Shown here: piece after piece, positions 61,064 through 64,000 of the stretch
How the letters are laid out: each line of letters opens with the position of its first letter
Position numbering within the stretch: position 1 is the first letter of the stretch
NCBI GenBank assembly: GCA_963754925.1
Contig: CAVWHX010000003.1
Span: forward strand, 544,001-608,000
Direction of reading: 5' to 3'
From: an uncultured delta proteobacterium
Lineage (GTDB): Bacteria; Myxococcota; B64-G9
DNA: 64,000 nucleotides
Program-made: the position numbers and the translations under genes
Notes under the pieces: model-generated
The model's input: the letters and a program-made list of their open reading frames with translations, nothing else
Told to the model about the DNA's origin: nothing
The model's database searches: none

Positions 61064-62206
61064 ATGAATGCGAAGAAAATCATTTTCGTGCTGACCATGT
61101 GTGTCGGCGCGAGCGGCTGCGGAACAAATAACCCAACCGGAGGAACCTTTCAATTCACGGCGTCCGGAGAGGTGCTGGCGCTCAACGGCTATGCGTTTCC
61201 GCCAACCGCCGGCCAAACCGCGTTCGTCGACGGCTGGGAGGTGCAATTCAGCAAGCTCCTCGTCACCATCGACCACATAACGCTGTCGGAGAATCCGGAC
61301 CTGTCACCGACGGACCAATCGCAGACCGGCAAGAACATCGCGCAGCTCAACGGACCGTGGGCGATCGATCTCCACCAGGGCGGACCGCTGCCAGGCAAGG
61401 GCGGCGGCGATGAAGAGGCTTACCCCATCGCGACCCTCAACAAGCAGAACTTAAACGGCAACGCGCCGTTCGACGAGACCGTGCGCTACGCGTTCAGCTT
61501 CGACATCGTTCCCGCGACGGCATCGGCGACCTTTCTGCAGATGGACGCGAACGATAGCGACTACGCTGACATGGTGCAGAACGGCTGGACCGTGCTCTAC
61601 ATCGGAACAGCCACCTGGAACGGCGGCTCGTCCTGCACGTCGACCAACCCGAACTTCGACTTTACGCAGCTGCCACCGACGGTGAGCTTCCGTTTCGGGT
61701 TCGCATCACCAACCACTTACATCAACTGCCAGAACCCCGACAACGACCCGGCCCAAGGCCTCGACGGCGAGGCGCACGAGCGCGGCATCCAGGCGAAGGC
61801 CAACCAGACTGTTGTGGCCCAGGTCACCATACATACCGACCACCCCTTCTGGGAGAGCTTTGTTCACGATTCGCCGGCGCATTTCGACCAGCTCGCCGCC
61901 CTGGCTAATGACACGCAGGGCAACTACAACGTTACGCTCGATAGCACGCTCGGCGTCGACTACGAGGCATTCATGTTCGGGGCGAATCCGCTACCGTGGC
62001 GTTCGTGCCTGTCGACCTACACGCCGCCCAACAACAACCCGCAGATGGGTTTCGATTCGCTGGATGTGCCCTACGACCCGTCGGGCGATCCCGCGCACTA
62101 TATGCGCGATTACCACGACTACATGACCTACGACCAGAGCACGCAGGGCCATCTGAACGCGGACGGCCTGTGCTTCGTAAGCCGGAACTACCCGTCGCCT
62201 CCATGA
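61064..62206 (+). CDS. Lipoprotein with His-containing motif
   Basis: ASGC; FVDGWEVQF; HTDHPFW...HDSPAHFD. Confidence 0.8.
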   Translation: MNAKKIIFVLTMCVGASGCGTNNPTGGTFQFTASGEVLALNGYAFPPTAGQTAFVDGWEVQFSKLLVTIDHITLSENPDLSPTDQSQTGKNIAQLNGPWAIDLHQGGPLPGKGGGDEEAYPIATLNKQNLNGNAPFDETVRYAFSFDIVPATASATFLQMDANDSDYADMVQNGWTVLYIGTATWNGGSSCTSTNPNFDFTQLPPTVSFRFGFASPTTYINCQNPDNDPAQGLDGEAHERGIQAKANQTVVAQVTIHTDHPFWESFVHDSPAHFDQLAALANDTQGNYNVTLDSTLGVDYEAFMFGANPLPWRSCLSTYTPPNNNPQMGFDSLDVPYDPSGDPAHYMRDYHDYMTYDQSTQGHLNADGLCFVSRNYPSPP

Positions 62207-62243
62207 AGCGCGAGGGAATGCTGAACCCGACAAGGAGTACCAC

Positions 62244-63014
62244 ATGAATACGATCGATGCGGTCAAACAGATCCTGCTCCAATACGGAGCGTCCTGGGTA
62301 CTTTGGTTGTTGGGCGCGCTCTCGCTCGTGAGCGTCGCGATCATGGTCGAGCGCTGGCTTTTCTACCGGGCGCGAGGCGGCGACCTACCAGCGCTGGCGC
62401 GCCGGCTGGACGTTCATTTGGCCTCCCGGGACTTCGCAGCGGCGATCACGGAACTCGGCGAGTCGCGATCGGTCGCAGCCGCCATCGCGGCCGCCGGCCT
62501 GCGGCTCGCCGATCGGGGCCCGGGCGCGGCGGACAAGGCGATGCAAAGCGCCGCCGCGCTCGAGCGCGGCCGACTGGAGCGCTGGCTCGCCTACCTGGGC
62601 ACGCTCGGCAACAATGCTCCCTTCATCGGGCTCTTCGGAACCGTCATCGGAGTCATCGGGGCCTTCGAGGAACTCGGACACGGGGCGCCCGGACACGGCG
62701 CCGGCGGTGACGCCGCGGCTGCGGCGCTGGGGGCTTCCCAGGCGGTGATGGCGAGCATCGCGGAGGCGCTCGTCGCCACGGCGGTCGGCATCCTCGTGGC
62801 GCTGCCGGCGGTCGCCGCGTTCAACTACTTCCAACGGCGAATCGCGTCTCTCTTATCGGGGACCGAGGTCCTTTCAAATCTCGTCCTGGCATACCTGTCC
62901 GACAGCGGAGGCGATCCGTCGGGAGGCGGGGGTACGCGAACGCCGCAGCCCTGTTCCGAATCAGAAAGCGCGGGTGCGACGGCTCGTCCGCTGTCAAGCC
63001 CAACGGGAGGGTAA
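62244..63014 (+). CDS. exbB: MotA/TolQ/ExbB proton channel
   Basis: LGTLGNNAPFIGLFGTVIG, IAEALVATAVG..VALPA. Confidence 0.9.
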   Translation: MNTIDAVKQILLQYGASWVLWLLGALSLVSVAIMVERWLFYRARGGDLPALARRLDVHLASRDFAAAITELGESRSVAAAIAAAGLRLADRGPGAADKAMQSAAALERGRLERWLAYLGTLGNNAPFIGLFGTVIGVIGAFEELGHGAPGHGAGGDAAAAALGASQAVMASIAEALVATAVGILVALPAVAAFNYFQRRIASLLSGTEVLSNLVLAYLSDSGGDPSGGGGTRTPQPCSESESAGATARPLSSPTGG

Positions 63015-63017
63015 CGA

Positions 63018-63437
63018 ATGGCATCGAGCTCTCAAAATGGAAACGGGATCATAGCGGGCATCAATGTCACGCCTCTCGTCGATATCAGCTTGGTGCTGCT
63101 GATCATCTTCATCGTCACGGCGAAGATCATCGTGACTCCGGCGGTGCCTCTGGATTTACCGCGGGCCAGCCAGAGCGAGGAATTGCAGGTCGTATTCTCG
63201 GTCATTGTACCGGTGAATGGTCCGACTCTCGTAAACGGCGAGCCCGCCATGAACGATGATACGTTGCTTCGGCTCGCCAGGGAGGCGCTGGTCAAGGACC
63301 CCGACGTCCGCGCAGTCATCAACGCCGACGGTTTCGTGCCGCATCGCCGCGTTATCCACACGCTCGATCTGATAAAGACGGCAGGAATCGCACGGGTGGC
63401 CTTCGGCGCGCTCCCACTTGAGGAAGGAGAAAAGTGA
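63018..63437 (+). CDS. exbD: ExbD/TolR protein
   Basis: INVTPLVDISLVLLIIF, LDLP, INAD. Confidence 0.9.
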   Translation: MASSSQNGNGIIAGINVTPLVDISLVLLIIFIVTAKIIVTPAVPLDLPRASQSEELQVVFSVIVPVNGPTLVNGEPAMNDDTLLRLAREALVKDPDVRAVINADGFVPHRRVIHTLDLIKTAGIARVAFGALPLEEGEK

Positions 63438-64000
63438 CGCAATCCCGGCAAAAGGCCCTCCCGTCTCGCCCTCATCCATCCATTGTGGATGTCGTGTTTG
63501 GCGTTCCTAAACCCGAACGTCGTCGGCGTATTCTGATAGCGATTCTAATCGCGGCGGCTGCCCATGCATCGCTCTTGCTCTGGGCTCAGACATCCGAGCA
63601 TTCGCTCGAATCGTGGTCCGCTGAGATCACGGCGCGCGTCCACGCCGAGCTTTCCCGGGACGAGTTCGTCGACCTGGCAAAACCCCCGGCGCCGCCTCCT
63701 GCCGAGGAAAAGCCGAAAGCCGAAGAACCCGTGAAACAACCTGCTCATCCGAAGATTCACCTGGCACGTCGCGCCGAGTCCTCGAAGCCGCCGCCTCCCG
63801 CTCAGGCAGGCTCCATTATTGCCCAGGATCCGAGCCCCAACACACCGGTGGACTTGACCGGCGAGACATTCGTGACCGGCACGGCGAACGCGTACGCGGG
63901 GGGCGTCACCTCCCCGACCGGGACGAACACAGTCGCCGTGATGACACGGGACGTTGATCCCGGCTCGCCGCCGGGCGCTCGCGCCGGAGAACCTGACAAC
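63434..64000 (+). CDS. tonB: TonB family protein, partial (runs off the window)
   Basis: GTG overlapping the exbD stop; TM IAILIAAAAHASLLLW followed by a Pro-rich linker. Confidence 0.75.
   Translation, partial: MTQSRQKALPSRPHPSIVDVVFGVPKPERRRRILIAILIAAAAHASLLLWAQTSEHSLESWSAEITARVHAELSRDEFVDLAKPPAPPPAEEKPKAEEPVKQPAHPKIHLARRAESSKPPPPAQAGSIIAQDPSPNTPVDLTGETFVTGTANAYAGGVTSPTGTNTVAVMTRDVDPGSPPGARAGEPDN

Overview
Bacterial chromosomal window, most consistent with a Myxococcota/deltaproteobacterial genome (MXAN_5187-like proteins, AgmX/PglI-like C-terminal domain, Cys-rich surface lipoproteins, TonB-fused receptor); the taxonomy is inferred. It holds about 50 protein genes: housekeeping (PBP1A, pckG, ppk1, glpD, queC, cutA, lsrF, NamZ-like), a YbhG/F/S/R-type ABC exporter operon, two convergent toxin-antitoxin pairs (DUF1778-GNAT and Xre-RES), and a probable metal-uptake locus (ZIP, putative leader protein, TonB-dependent receptor, two lipoproteins, ExbB/ExbD/TonB). 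No rRNA, tRNA, CRISPR array, integrase or transposase was recognised. Most notable: (1) an intact but apparently catalytically dead chemoreceptor-like plus CheA-like pair; (2) an envelope locus with two MXAN_5187-like paralogs, a dipeptidyl-peptidase-III pseudoenzyme and a cupredoxin-like protein lacking Cu ligands; (3) a family of short hairpin elements with co-varying stems that insert into each other and into another palindromic element; (4) a 102-bp duplication of the queC 3' end flanking the ZIP gene; (5) a 56-aa histone-H1-like gene missing from the ORF track. About ten small frameshifts split otherwise normal genes and are probably read or consensus errors. All family calls come from motif recognition by eye, not database searches.
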